28,591 bases of DNA from a virus (IMGVR_UViG_3300045580_000204:1-28591); one strand, 5' to 3'; shown: positions 17,812 to 26,026, counted from the first letter of the stretch. Made by a program: numbers and translations. The notes: generated by a model not told the origin, from the sequence alone.

Positions 17812-18452
17812 GGGGTTTCCTCTACTTCAACTTCAATTTCAAACTTGACTTCGTTGGCTTCGCAGTGCTCGATGAACGATTCCTCGCTGGTGCAGTACTC
17901 ATAGTCGTCCTGTAGCTCGGAGTACATCTCGCCGGCCAATTGCTGCGCCAATTCGAGCGCGGCTTTCTCAATGTCGGAGACCCACAGATCGAACTGGGCC
18001 TCTACCAGCGTGTCCCATGTGGCTTGGTCGAGGTTGACAAAGACACCGCTCGGGTAGCAGTTGCCGGGGCTGTAGTCCCACTCCACACAGTCAGAGAAGT
18101 TCACGGAGTAGCCGCGGCTTCGCTTGACCCAGAGCCAGTTGGTGCCGAAGTTCAGCACGTCCGCGTACAGCGCCGGAGCCTTGGTTTGCAGCCCCAGCTG
18201 GTCCAGTATTCGCTGGACTTCCACGCGGCCGTCAAACGCAAGGCCGTCGCCTCGGCTGTAAAACCCGGAGTAGCTGATGTCCGACCTCTCGACGTGCACG
18301 CCGTGCTCGGTCTGCCACTGCGGCAGCGTGAACTCAAACTCCGGCTCCCAGTAGGCGTGCTCGACCCAATCCCAATACTGCCGCTGGAACTCGCGGGGGT
18401 CTCTGCGCTGCAGCTCTTCCGCGCTCACTTCGATGGTGGTGTACTCGCACAT
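17802..18452 (-). CDS. Acidic, aromatic-rich hypothetical protein
   Basis: 216 aa; AAGGAG RBS; YSGFYSRGDG and DYEYCTSEE motifs. Confidence 0.75.
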   Translation of the reverse strand: MCEYTTIEVSAEELQRRDPREFQRQYWDWVEHAYWEPEFEFTLPQWQTEHGVHVERSDISYSGFYSRGDGLAFDGRVEVQRILDQLGLQTKAPALYADVLNFGTNWLWVKRSRGYSVNFSDCVEWDYSPGNCYPSGVFVNLDQATWDTLVEAQFDLWVSDIEKAALELAQQLAGEMYSELQDDYEYCTSEESFIEHCEANEVKFEIEVEVEETPCT

Positions 18453-18467
18453 GATGTAGCTCCTTGA

Positions 18468-18848
18468 TCAGATGCGCTCTACGCTGCGCACAACGGACAA
18501 GAGGGAGCCGTAAAGCTCTCCGGCGGACTGGCGGGCAACATCCTCGTCGTCCTCGCCAAGCCGGATGAACTCGTAGGCGTACCCGAGATCCGGCAGCGCG
18601 TCCAGGAACGAGTGGAACTGCTGCACGTCGGTGTACGACTCGTACCACTTCACGTCGCAGATTTCTATGTCAAGCCGGCCGGGTTGCCAATCCCACGTAG
18701 TGCAGTCCTCGTCCATGAACCCCCCCAGTCGCTCCGCGAATGTCGTGCCGACCAACAACCGGAGCCGGTCCATGACGGGCGCCCGCTGGTCAGCGGCGGT
18801 ACCCGCGCTCGGAACGATGGCCACATAAATGTTGCTGCGGTACCCCAT
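18468..18848 (-). CDS. Hypothetical protein (MGYRS... family)
   Basis: 126 aa; GGAGG RBS; VKWYE and FIRLGED motifs. Confidence 0.75.
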   Translation of the reverse strand: MGYRSNIYVAIVPSAGTAADQRAPVMDRLRLLVGTTFAERLGGFMDEDCTTWDWQPGRLDIEICDVKWYESYTDVQQFHSFLDALPDLGYAYEFIRLGEDDEDVARQSAGELYGSLLSVVRSVERI

Positions 18849-18849
18849 G

Positions 18850-19146
18850 TCACTTACCTCCGTTGGTCATGACAAGCATGGTGGAGATCGCGTCTGCCAA
18901 GGGCTCGTCGTTGCCTACCACATACAGTTTGAATGTCCAGTCCGGCCCGTGCGGATTGGGCTTGTAGACGCCCACGTTCAGGACCCGTCCGTTGACTGCC
19001 TCGACCAGCTCTACGCGCAGCGTCGGGGCGGCGTTCATGGACTGCTCGCGCACCGACTGACCCAAGTAGGGTCGGGCGGACTCGCTCTGCGGGTTTGTGT
19101 ACGCGTCGCCGAACAGCCACTTGCGAATGAACTTTTTGATTGACAT
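18850..19146 (-). CDS. Hypothetical protein
   Basis: 98 aa; GGAG RBS. Confidence 0.7.
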   Translation of the reverse strand: MSIKKFIRKWLFGDAYTNPQSESARPYLGQSVREQSMNAAPTLRVELVEAVNGRVLNVGVYKPNPHGPDWTFKLYVVGNDEPLADAISTMLVMTNGGK

Positions 19147-19157
19147 ATGCACTCCGT

Positions 19158-19171
19158 GTCTAACGTTAGAG
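19158..19171. repeat. Palindrome site 4 GTCTAACGTTAGAg
   Basis: Supplies the stop codon of 19166-19846. Confidence 0.9.
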
Positions 19172-19846
19172 ATTGATGGTGATGTTGAGTCCGCGGACTT
19201 GATCGAGCCGGAACTTAGTCCAGGCTCCCTTCCACGACTCCGCGTTCGGGTACGCGCGGCGGATCATCGCCGCGAGTTCGCCCCACAACTCCGGGGTTTT
19301 GAGGCGCCGCTCAACCTCCCCTCTCGTGAAGTCCAGGTACCCGCTATGCACCGGTTCAGCGGCATACAGCATGGGGAACACCGCCTTGAACGGCGCCGCT
19401 GTTTCGTCCCATTTGGTGCGCGCGGCCTTGTCCGCTCGGAAGGCTTGGAACGGGCGCTCTTCGGACAGCAGGACGCCGTCCGCGTTGAACTCCATGCCGT
19501 CGTAGAAGACAAACTGGCGGCCCCGGATCGAGATCACAGGGTTCGGGTACCCGTTTTCGTAGCGCGTGGCGAGAACCCCCCTGTGGAAGAACTCGTTCGT
19601 GGCCGCCCACATGGCGTCCCGCGTGGTGGGCGCGGTCCCCCAGCCATTGCAGCGCAGCACCACCCGGCCGTCGGGGTACGCCGTGAGCAAGTCGGTGTGG
19701 TGGAACCGCACGTAGGCAGCGGCCGGGGTTACCCGGGCGCGGAAGTGTGACTTGGACCTGCGGTCCACAGGAGCCTCGCCGACAAACTGCCCTTTGCGGT
19801 ACGCATGGGCCTGCACATAGGCCGTGATTTTTTCAAACGCATTCAT
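19166..19846 (-). CDS. Hypothetical protein
   Basis: 226 aa; the stop codon lies inside a palindrome site. Confidence 0.75.
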   Translation of the reverse strand: MNAFEKITAYVQAHAYRKGQFVGEAPVDRRSKSHFRARVTPAAAYVRFHHTDLLTAYPDGRVVLRCNGWGTAPTTRDAMWAATNEFFHRGVLATRYENGYPNPVISIRGRQFVFYDGMEFNADGVLLSEERPFQAFRADKAARTKWDETAAPFKAVFPMLYAAEPVHSGYLDFTRGEVERRLKTPELWGELAAMIRRAYPNAESWKGAWTKFRLDQVRGLNITINL

Positions 19847-20256
19847 GATGCTTCTCCATTCTTCACAATGACAGCCGGCAGCATGAGCACTGCCGGGTGG
19901 TGGCCTGAGCCCGCCAGTAGGCGGACTGCGTCAGTGGGCATGCCGAGCAGGACGGCACAGTCGTGCCACGCGACGAGCGCAGCACATGCGTCCCATGCAA
20001 CGGTCCAAGTGGCGTCCCGTGCAGCGGCCCAAGCGGCGTCCCGAGCGGCGTCCCATGCGGCGCCCCGAGCGGCGTCCCGAGCGGCGACCCGAGCGGCGTC
20101 CAGAGCGGCGGCCCAAGCGGCGTCCCGAGCGGCGCCCCAAGCGACGTCCCGAGCGACGTCCCGAGCGACGTGCCATTTCTGTGGGTCGGACTTGAGACTG
20201 GCCAGCACCCAGTCGATGTGCGTGGCGTTGGGCAGGTCAGCCCAGGCTGTGGTCAT
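19843..20256 (-). CDS. [W/R]xAA tetrapeptide-repeat protein, copy A (16 units)
   Basis: 137 aa; paralog of four other genes in the window; GGAGA RBS. Confidence 0.8.
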   Translation of the reverse strand: MTTAWADLPNATHIDWVLASLKSDPQKWHVARDVARDVAWGAARDAAWAAALDAARVAARDAARGAAWDAARDAAWAAARDATWTVAWDACAALVAWHDCAVLLGMPTDAVRLLAGSGHHPAVLMLPAVIVKNGEAS

Positions 20257-20534
20257 GATGTCTCTCCATCCGGCGCAGCCGCCGCGCGGATCAGCAGGGC
20301 AGGGACGAACTTCTCTGCAACGTAGACGCCGTTGCCGAGGCAGCCGCCACACCAGTCACTCGTACTCCTCTCGGGGCAGAGGCCGCAGACGCTGGGCTTG
20401 CCTATGATGTCGTTCGTGAGCGAATCCAATGCATCGGTCGACGCCGATATCTCCCCCTCCGGGGTGTAAATCCCGCCGTCGTTCCAATACACAAACACCG
20501 CCCCAGGGCGGGGCTCGTATAGTTTCTCAACCAT
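20253..20534 (-). CDS. Hypothetical protein with CxxC...CxxC zinc-finger motif
   Basis: 93 aa; CGLC...CGGC; ends DGETS. Confidence 0.6.
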   Translation of the reverse strand: MVEKLYEPRPGAVFVYWNDGGIYTPEGEISASTDALDSLTNDIIGKPSVCGLCPERSTSDWCGGCLGNGVYVAEKFVPALLIRAAAAPDGETS

Positions 20535-20539
20535 GATGC

Positions 20540-20553
20540 GTCTAACGTTAGAC
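20540..20553. repeat. Palindrome site 5 GTCTAACGTTAGAC
   Basis: Supplies the stop codon of the vWA gene. Confidence 0.9.
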
Positions 20554-21768
20554 AGTCATGTGGATAGTGCGGCCCCACGGCGCACGGATGCTCGGCTCGG
20601 TGATGACCCACAGCGTGGGCACATCGCTGGAGCCCCAGTCGCCGACGCACCCGTCGGTGAACTGGATGATGGCTTGCGGGCTGGACTTGTGCTGTTCGAG
20701 GTGGTCAAACAGCACCGCGCCGTTGGTGCCGCCACCGCCGCGAACCTTGAGGCTCGGGATGTTGAACGTGCCGTCCGGGAACTTCTGGTCGGTCTGGACC
20801 CCCCAGTCCCAGCAGATCACGCGCACCGTGTCGGGCTTGACCGAATCGAAGATGGCTTGCAACTCGCTGGCGAAGCGAGTGACCGTACCCGACTCGAAGC
20901 ACGAGCCGGATGTGTCGATGCCCACCACCACCTCGTCCATGCGCTCGCTGATTGACGACGGCATGTAGATGCCGCTGGCGATGTAGCGTCGGTTGGGCTT
21001 GCGCCATGTCGACTCGTCACGACCTTGGCAGAACTCCTGCACGAACTCGCGCAGCTGCTCGCGCCAGTCAACCTTGGGCTTGAGCAGGTCACCGATCAGT
21101 CCGTCGGTGCTGCCATTGCCGGCGCCCCGGCGCTTGGCAGTCATGACCCCTTGGCGCAGCGCACGGTCGATCTCCAGGGCGCGCTGCGCTTGCTCCGCTT
21201 CGGAGGGCTTGCCTGCTTCGTCCCAGTCGTGCGAGTCGAGGCCCCCATGCCCGTCGCCGTCGTCGCCTTGGCCCTGGCCCTGGCCTTGGCCCTGGCCCTG
21301 GCCCTGGCCTTGGTCCTGGCTCTGCTGCTTGAGGTCGTCGAAGATTTGCTTCACCGACCAGCCACGGTACTTGGGCATCGGCGGCACGCCGCACTTGGGC
21401 ATTTTGATGAACGACTCGTCGGGGTCGGAGTCGGTGAGGCTCAGGTTGATGAACGCGTCCGCTGCGACGTTGGTGAGCTGCGCGTTCTCCTCGTACAGTG
21501 GGCGCCACACCATCATGTGTTTGTACGCAGCGTGCATGGCCTCGTGCAGCACCAGGAACCGCAGCTCGCGGTCGTCCAGCTTCTTGACGAAGTCGGGGTG
21601 GTACTCCGTGTCCCAGCCGTTTGTGCGCGCGGTGGGCGGGTTCATGGTCTCGTTGATGGTGGTCTTGCCGCAGGCCAGGACGCCAGCGAACATGCAGAAC
21701 TCGCGGTGGTTCATGATGGCGACGTGGGCTTTCTTGACCCGGTCGAGGGGGGTGAGGAAAGTGCTCAT
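20548..21768 (-). CDS. Metallopeptidase-vWA protein (DUF2201-like)
   Basis: 406 aa from MSTFL; HEAMH (HExxH), QG linker, MIDAS motifs DTSGS, GGGGT and FTDG. Confidence 0.88.
   Translation of the reverse strand: MSTFLTPLDRVKKAHVAIMNHREFCMFAGVLACGKTTINETMNPPTARTNGWDTEYHPDFVKKLDDRELRFLVLHEAMHAAYKHMMVWRPLYEENAQLTNVAADAFINLSLTDSDPDESFIKMPKCGVPPMPKYRGWSVKQIFDDLKQQSQDQGQGQGQGQGQGQGQGDDGDGHGGLDSHDWDEAGKPSEAEQAQRALEIDRALRQGVMTAKRRGAGNGSTDGLIGDLLKPKVDWREQLREFVQEFCQGRDESTWRKPNRRYIASGIYMPSSISERMDEVVVGIDTSGSCFESGTVTRFASELQAIFDSVKPDTVRVICWDWGVQTDQKFPDGTFNIPSLKVRGGGGTNGAVLFDHLEQHKSSPQAIIQFTDGCVGDWGSSDVPTLWVITEPSIRAPWGRTIHMTV
21264..21320 (-). repeat. 6-bp tandem repeat encoding a (Gln-Gly)n linker
   Basis: CAGGGC/CAAGGC units encode QGQGQGQGQGQGQG. 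Confidence 0.8.
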
Positions 21769-21863
21769 GATGTTTCTCCGTTTCGTGCGATGACAGCCGG
21801 CAGAACTTCTGCTGCCGGGTGGTGGCCTGTGCCCGCCAGCAGGCGGACAGCGTCTAACGTTAG
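21765..21863 (-). pseudogene. Orphan C-terminal module of the [W/R]xAA repeat gene family
   Basis: Translates as LTLDAVRLLAGTGHHPAAEVLPAVIARNGETS*, matching the paralog C-terminus PTDAVRLLAGAGHHPAVLLLPAVIVRNGETS*; no in-frame ATG or GTG. Confidence 0.75.
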
Positions 21864-21865
21864 AT
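21852..21865. repeat. Palindrome site 6 GTCTAACGTTAGAt
   Basis: At the boundary of the orphan repeat-gene module. Confidence 0.9.
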
Positions 21866-21995
21866 GGGCGAGAACGTGAGGTACCCGGCGTCGCGTGCCC
21901 GCAGGATACGCGCCGCGTCCGTTGCCACCCCCCGGGGGGCCCTCGCAAGGCTCGCGGTCAGCTGGGCTGCGCGGAGATCGTCTCTCACCGTGGCC

Positions 21996-23057
21996 TCAGA
22001 AGTACTTGCCCACCTTGGCAGCGGCGGCGGTCCACGCTTGGCAACCGCAGGCGAACGTCACCTTCCGCGGGTTGCTGGCGACCTGAGACAGGAACAGGGT
22101 GGTGGCCTCGAACGACTCCCAGCGGTTGATGTACGCCACGACGTTGTCCAGGGTTTCCGCTGTGCAGCGGCCAGCCAGCATGAACGCCATGAAGAAATAC
22201 GCGCCGGGGCCGTCGGGCAGCTTGCACTTGGTGGGGTTCTTGACCACGTCGTCGAAGCGCGGGGTGCGGTCCGCCAGATGCACCATGGCCTCCATGTCAC
22301 GCGCACCCGACTCGCCCAGGGTGCCAGCCAGCGCGGGCAGCAGGGCGTCGCCGATGGCGGCGCGCGCCTTGATCAGGTTGCTGGACTTCTCCAGCGAACG
22401 CGGCGAGCAGAACGCCCGGGTCTGGCCGACGCGCGGGTTGAAGATGTACGGGTTGTTGTCCTTCTCGTCAATGTCGGCGTAGCAGTCGAACACCTGCGGG
22501 TACTCCTTGGCGAAGGCCATGACCTCGGGCGCCACGTCGGCAGTAGCTGCCCAGTTCAGCCACTCGTCGGGTGTCGGGTTGCTGACACGCACCACAGTCA
22601 TGCGGTTGTAGGCGTGGGCCGGGATGTTGTCGCCCACCCCGTCGGTGTCGAGGTTGGTCGTGGCGAACACGATCGAGCCGGCCGGCAGCTCAACGTCGCC
22701 GAGGCGACGCTCCAGGATCACCGGCAGCAGCATGTTCAGCACCGGACGCGGGCCCTTGCCCAGCTCGTCGAGCATGATCAGCTTGGGCTTGGTGTTGCTG
22801 CGGCCCAGGCCGAAGCGTGCGCTCGGGGCGTACGCTGTGACGTACTCGTCCTTGTCGATCACCGGCATGCCCAGGTCCCCGAGGTCGAGGTTGGCCACGT
22901 CGATGTAGCACGGGTCGTAGTCAGGGAACTGGGCTTCCAGTGTGCGAAGCAACGACGACTTGCCGATACCGGGCTGGCCGCGCAGAAGCACGGTGGTGTT
23001 GTGGCCCACGTTGGCGATCAGGGTAGCGGCTTGGGAGAGAGTGATAGAGAGGTTCAT
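21996..23057 (-). CDS. MoxR-like AAA+ ATPase
   Basis: 353 aa; GQPGIGKS, IMLDE, ATTN, NRM and SPRS. Confidence 0.88.
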   Translation of the reverse strand: MNLSITLSQAATLIANVGHNTTVLLRGQPGIGKSSLLRTLEAQFPDYDPCYIDVANLDLGDLGMPVIDKDEYVTAYAPSARFGLGRSNTKPKLIMLDELGKGPRPVLNMLLPVILERRLGDVELPAGSIVFATTNLDTDGVGDNIPAHAYNRMTVVRVSNPTPDEWLNWAATADVAPEVMAFAKEYPQVFDCYADIDEKDNNPYIFNPRVGQTRAFCSPRSLEKSSNLIKARAAIGDALLPALAGTLGESGARDMEAMVHLADRTPRFDDVVKNPTKCKLPDGPGAYFFMAFMLAGRCTAETLDNVVAYINRWESFEATTLFLSQVASNPRKVTFACGCQAWTAAAAKVGKYF

Positions 23058-23084
23058 GATTAAGTCTCAGTTGAGGTTGATGAT

Positions 23085-23098
23085 GTCTAACGTTAGAC
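23085..23098. repeat. Palindrome site 7 GTCTAACGTTAGAC
   Basis: Supplies the stop of 23093-23368; upstream of the AAA+ gene. Confidence 0.9.
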
Positions 23099-23368
23099 GT
23101 TGACAAGGGTGAAATGAAGCTTGACTGTCTGGCACATGGCCAGCTTGCAGCAGATCTCGCACTCGGCGAACTCGCTGTCTTCGCAGTCAACCGATTCGTG
23201 GGCGTACACCCACTCGTTGCCGTCCGCATCGGACCAGCCGACGGTGGCTGTCGAGAGCCACTCGTCCACCATGGCGACCTCGTCCGGCTCAAGGCCAGAG
23301 TCGTCGCCGTTCACGAGGTACGGCAGAAAGTGTTCTGCCACCTTGTATTCGATTGCTTCAAAGATCAC
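23093..23368 (-). CDS. Acidic hypothetical protein (YLVNGDDSGL motif)
   Basis: 91 aa from a GTG start; the stop codon lies inside a palindrome site. Confidence 0.65.
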   Translation of the reverse strand: MIFEAIEYKVAEHFLPYLVNGDDSGLEPDEVAMVDEWLSTATVGWSDADGNEWVYAHESVDCEDSEFAECEICCKLAMCQTVKLHFTLVNV

Positions 23369-23630
23369 GTCGCGAGCCCTTCCAAATGTTGAATGCGGGG
23401 ATCTCGTTGATGGGTATGAACGCCACGCCCGATGGACATCTACAGCACACACTGTTTGTGGGAGGGATAACGTGCAAGCACCCTGAGCAGTGCCGCCGGT
23501 CGCGGTTCATCAGCATGTTCCACTCCGGGAGTAAGTTCACATCCACCAGCCCGTGTGTGCCGCGGCCAAGCTCCAACTCGATGTCCTTCAGCTCTTCATC
23601 GATAGTCATTGTCTTGCCTTCTGTAGTCAT
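23358..23630 (-). CDS. Hypothetical protein with CxxC motifs
   Basis: 90 aa; alternative start at 23609. Confidence 0.5.
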   Translation of the reverse strand: MTTEGKTMTIDEELKDIELELGRGTHGLVDVNLLPEWNMLMNRDRRHCSGCLHVIPPTNSVCCRCPSGVAFIPINEIPAFNIWKGSRRDL

Positions 23631-23634
23631 GATT

Positions 23635-23648
23635 GTCTAACCTTAGAC
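23635..23648. repeat. Palindrome site 8 GTCTAACcTTAGAC
   Basis: Centre variant; supplies the stop of 23643-23888. Confidence 0.85.
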
Positions 23649-23888
23649 AAAGTCTAGTTTAGCCTTCGTCTTCGGAGTGTGGTCCTCGATGGCCCCGGGC
23701 CCCGGCTTGGCCGGGTGCGACGCGAACTCGTCAGCGAGGCGCGAGGCGATGCTGGACCACCACTTGGCCTGCTTCTGGGTTTTGACGTGGAACCATCGGG
23801 CTCCTTCGAATACGTCGAACCCGCCGCTGGCGGGGGCAATCGTGCAGTTCTTGTACCGGGTGGGGACGGTGATTTTTGGGGCAGCCAT
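23643..23888 (-). CDS. Hypothetical protein
   Basis: 81 aa; TAAGGAG RBS; flanked by palindrome variants on both sides. Confidence 0.7.
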   Translation of the reverse strand: MAAPKITVPTRYKNCTIAPASGGFDVFEGARWFHVKTQKQAKWWSSIASRLADEFASHPAKPGPGAIEDHTPKTKAKLDFV

Positions 23889-23907
23889 GGTGGACTCCTT
23901 AAACAAT

Positions 23908-23921
23908 GTCTAACATTAGAC
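23908..23921. repeat. Palindrome site 9 GTCTAACaTTAGAC
   Basis: Centre variant; intergenic. Confidence 0.85.
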
Positions 23922-23957
23922 GACAGAAAACTTACGGCGGGCTGATGACCGTACCAC

Positions 23958-24155
23958 TTACGACGACGTTCGCTTGGGGTTGGTCTGCTTGAGCCACTCC
24001 AAGTCGGATACGTAGTAATAGTTGGACTTACTCAAAGGTGCTACGGTATGTTTTACTTTCCGTGCGCGGATTTCTCCGCAACTGATACACACTTTGTACC
24101 CAAGATTGGCGCGCTTGTAGGGGACGTCATCCCCGCAATCAATGCATGTGATCAT
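23958..24155 (-). CDS. Small C4 zinc-finger protein, DksA/TraR-finger-like
   Basis: 65 aa; CIDCGDDVPYKR......CISC. Confidence 0.65.
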   Translation of the reverse strand: MITCIDCGDDVPYKRANLGYKVCISCGEIRARKVKHTVAPLSKSNYYYVSDLEWLKQTNPKRTSS

Positions 24156-24625
24156 GATGCTTCTCCATTCTTCACAATGACAGCCGGCAGCATGAGCACT
24201 GCCGGGTGGTGGCCTGAGCCCACCAGTAGGCGGACTGCGTCAGTGGGCATGCCGAGCAGGACGGCACAGTCGTGCCACGCGACGAGCGCAGCACATGCGG
24301 CCCAAGCGGCGCCCCAAGCGACGTCCCGAGCGGCGTCCCATGCAGCGTCCCGTGCAGCGGCCCAAGCGGCGTCCCGAGCGGCGTCCCATGCGGCGCCCCG
24401 AGCGGCGCCCCGAGCGGCGTCCAGAGCGGCGTCCAGAGCGGCGGCCCAAGCGGCGTCCCGAGCGGCGGCCCGAGCGGCGTCCCAAGCGACGTCCCGAGCG
24501 GCGTCCCGAGCGGCGCCCCGAGCGGCGCCCCAAGCGACGTGCCATTTCTGTGGGTCGGACTTGAGACTGGCCAGCACCCAGTCGATGTGCGTGGCGTTGG
24601 GCAGGTCAGCCCAGGCTGTGGTCAT
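24152..24625 (-). CDS. [W/R]xAA tetrapeptide-repeat protein, copy B (21 units)
   Basis: 157 aa; flanks nearly identical to copy A. Confidence 0.8.
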   Translation of the reverse strand: MTTAWADLPNATHIDWVLASLKSDPQKWHVAWGAARGAARDAARDVAWDAARAAARDAAWAAALDAALDAARGAARGAAWDAARDAAWAAARDAAWDAARDVAWGAAWAACAALVAWHDCAVLLGMPTDAVRLLVGSGHHPAVLMLPAVIVKNGEAS

Positions 24626-24783
24626 GATGTTTCTCCGTCCAACGCCAGCGACAGCAGCAGGTACCACATGGCGAGCACCTCGGCCTGCTTGTCTCCGGTC
24701 TTGTTGAACCGCTGCACGTAGTAGCCGTGCCAGCCCATGCGGTCATTGGGGCTCGGCCGGCGGGGTGGTCGTGGCTTGGCCAT
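24622..24783 (-). CDS. Hypothetical protein
   Basis: 53 aa; AAGGAG RBS; ends DGETS. Confidence 0.6.
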   Translation of the reverse strand: MAKPRPPRRPSPNDRMGWHGYYVQRFNKTGDKQAEVLAMWYLLLSLALDGETS

Positions 24784-25024
24784 CGTTGGTCTCCTTGTAC
24801 TGTTGGGCCAGCTTGGCAGCTGCTGCGGTGAACGCGCGGTTGACAGCCAGCAGTTGATTGAGCTCGTCCCTGGCGGTGAGCATGACGCGCACAGCGACCT
24901 CACGGCTCATGTCTTTCATGAGCAGCGCGGCGATCTCGGGCTTGCGCTGCATGGACTTACGCAAAATCCGTATTGATTCCTTCTCTTCTAAGGTGAGGCT
25001 GATGGGCGTGGGTGTGTTACTCAT
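24743..25024 (-). CDS. Hypothetical protein
   Basis: 93 aa; AGGAG RBS. Confidence 0.65.
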   Translation of the reverse strand: MSNTPTPISLTLEEKESIRILRKSMQRKPEIAALLMKDMSREVAVRVMLTARDELNQLLAVNRAFTAAAAKLAQQYKETNDGQATTTPPAEPQ

Positions 25025-25259
25025 TGGGGATCTCCTGTCTAACGTTAGCCGTGAATACCCAGGCACCGTCGGGCTTGCGCACCACCTTGCCCTCACCCTT
25101 GCCGGTGCGGATCAGGTAGTCTGCGTACCGGTTGACCCGGGCGTGTTCTTGGTGGGCGAGGTCGAGCAGTTGCTCGAACTGTTTGTTGCGTCGGGTGTGC
25201 GCCCAGAGCAGGATGCCGAACGCCAGCAGGAGGACAGTCTCAAGATCAGAGAAGTTCAT
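25017..25259 (-). CDS. Hypothetical protein with N-terminal hydrophobic helix
   Basis: 80 aa; GAGGAG RBS. Confidence 0.6.
   Translation of the reverse strand: MNFSDLETVLLLAFGILLWAHTRRNKQFEQLLDLAHQEHARVNRYADYLIRTGKGEGKVVRKPDGAWVFTANVRQEIPNE
25037..25050. repeat. Palindrome site 10 GTCTAACGTTAGcC
   Basis: One mismatch; abuts the RBS of 24743-25024. Confidence 0.8.
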
Positions 25260-25260
25260 T

Positions 25261-25509
25261 TCAACTCCTCGGGTATGTGGAAGTACTCGCCGCAGCTGGT
25301 GCAGTAGCCCATGCCAGACGACAAAGTACAAGCCCGTTGGGGGTGCGTTCTGCTGTACTCCAGCAGTTTGTGCCAAGCGTATCGGCGTGCAGTTCTCCGG
25401 GCTGTGGCGTGCAGGCGGTGTATCCCCCCGGTATGTTCTGCATGTCAAGCAACATCAGGGTGCTGGCGGCTTCGACGCGCTCGGCGTCGTACTCACGAAT
25501 GTCGGTCAT
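25261..25509 (-). CDS. Hypothetical protein
   Basis: 82 aa from MTDIREY; ATGA overlap. Confidence 0.45.
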   Translation of the reverse strand: MTDIREYDAERVEAASTLMLLDMQNIPGGYTACTPQPGELHADTLGTNCWSTAERTPNGLVLCRLAWATAPAAASTSTYPRS

Positions 25510-25664
25510 ATCAACCCCCGTTCTTGCATGACTTGCTTGGCGATGTTGGCGTAGCCGACCCGGCGGGCCAGCCGTTCCTTGGCGTACACGTTGCGCAGCT
25601 GGGTGTCGGTGCACTGCCTGCAGTACTGCAGGAACTCAGCCTTGGCTTGTCTAACGTTAGACAT
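25506..25664 (-). CDS. Hypothetical protein (not in ORF track)
   Basis: 52 aa MSNVRQAKAEFLQYC...ERGLI; GGGAG RBS; codons 2-5 are the palindrome. Confidence 0.6.
   Translation of the reverse strand: MSNVRQAKAEFLQYCRQCTDTQLRNVYAKERLARRVGYANIAKQVMQERGLI
25649..25662. repeat. Palindrome site 11 GTCTAACGTTAGAC
   Basis: Overlaps the start codon of the 52-aa ORF. Confidence 0.9.
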
Positions 25665-25666
25665 GG

Positions 25667-26026
25667 TCAATCTCCCTTCGCCTTGTACTCAGCGATCAGC
25701 GCGTCGAGCCAGCGCAGGCGCCATTGCTTTACCGCGGTGCGGTTCTCTTCGCGCCACTTGACGAACTTAGCGGTGTTCAGCGGACTCCCTGGGAACAGTT
25801 GCCTGTACAGCCGCGGCTCGGCGTATCCGAGCCCGTCAAGGCTGTGGCGTATGCGCTGCTTGACTTTGAAGGCTTTCTCGTGGACGAGCGCACGCTCCGG
25901 TGAATTGACTTGGTGGTAGACGACTTTTGTCAACGCCAAGCAGAGGCCGGGGCCATTCCCCGCCTCGTAGATCGGCTCTTTCTTGAGGATGGTGCGCGCA
26001 CGGCGCAGGATTTCTGAGGTCTTCAT
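25667..26026 (-). CDS. Hypothetical protein
   Basis: 119 aa; GGAG RBS; ATGA overlap. Confidence 0.7.
   Translation of the reverse strand: MKTSEILRRARTILKKEPIYEAGNGPGLCLALTKVVYHQVNSPERALVHEKAFKVKQRIRHSLDGLGYAEPRLYRQLFPGSPLNTAKFVKWREENRTAVKQWRLRWLDALIAEYKAKGD

Noticed and set aside
24290-24545. CRISPR-like or non-coding satellite array
   Set aside because: The units are 12-bp in-frame codon repeats without unique spacers, inside ORFs with RBSs. The Cas4-like nuclease at 10344-11006 is a typical stand-alone phage exonuclease.
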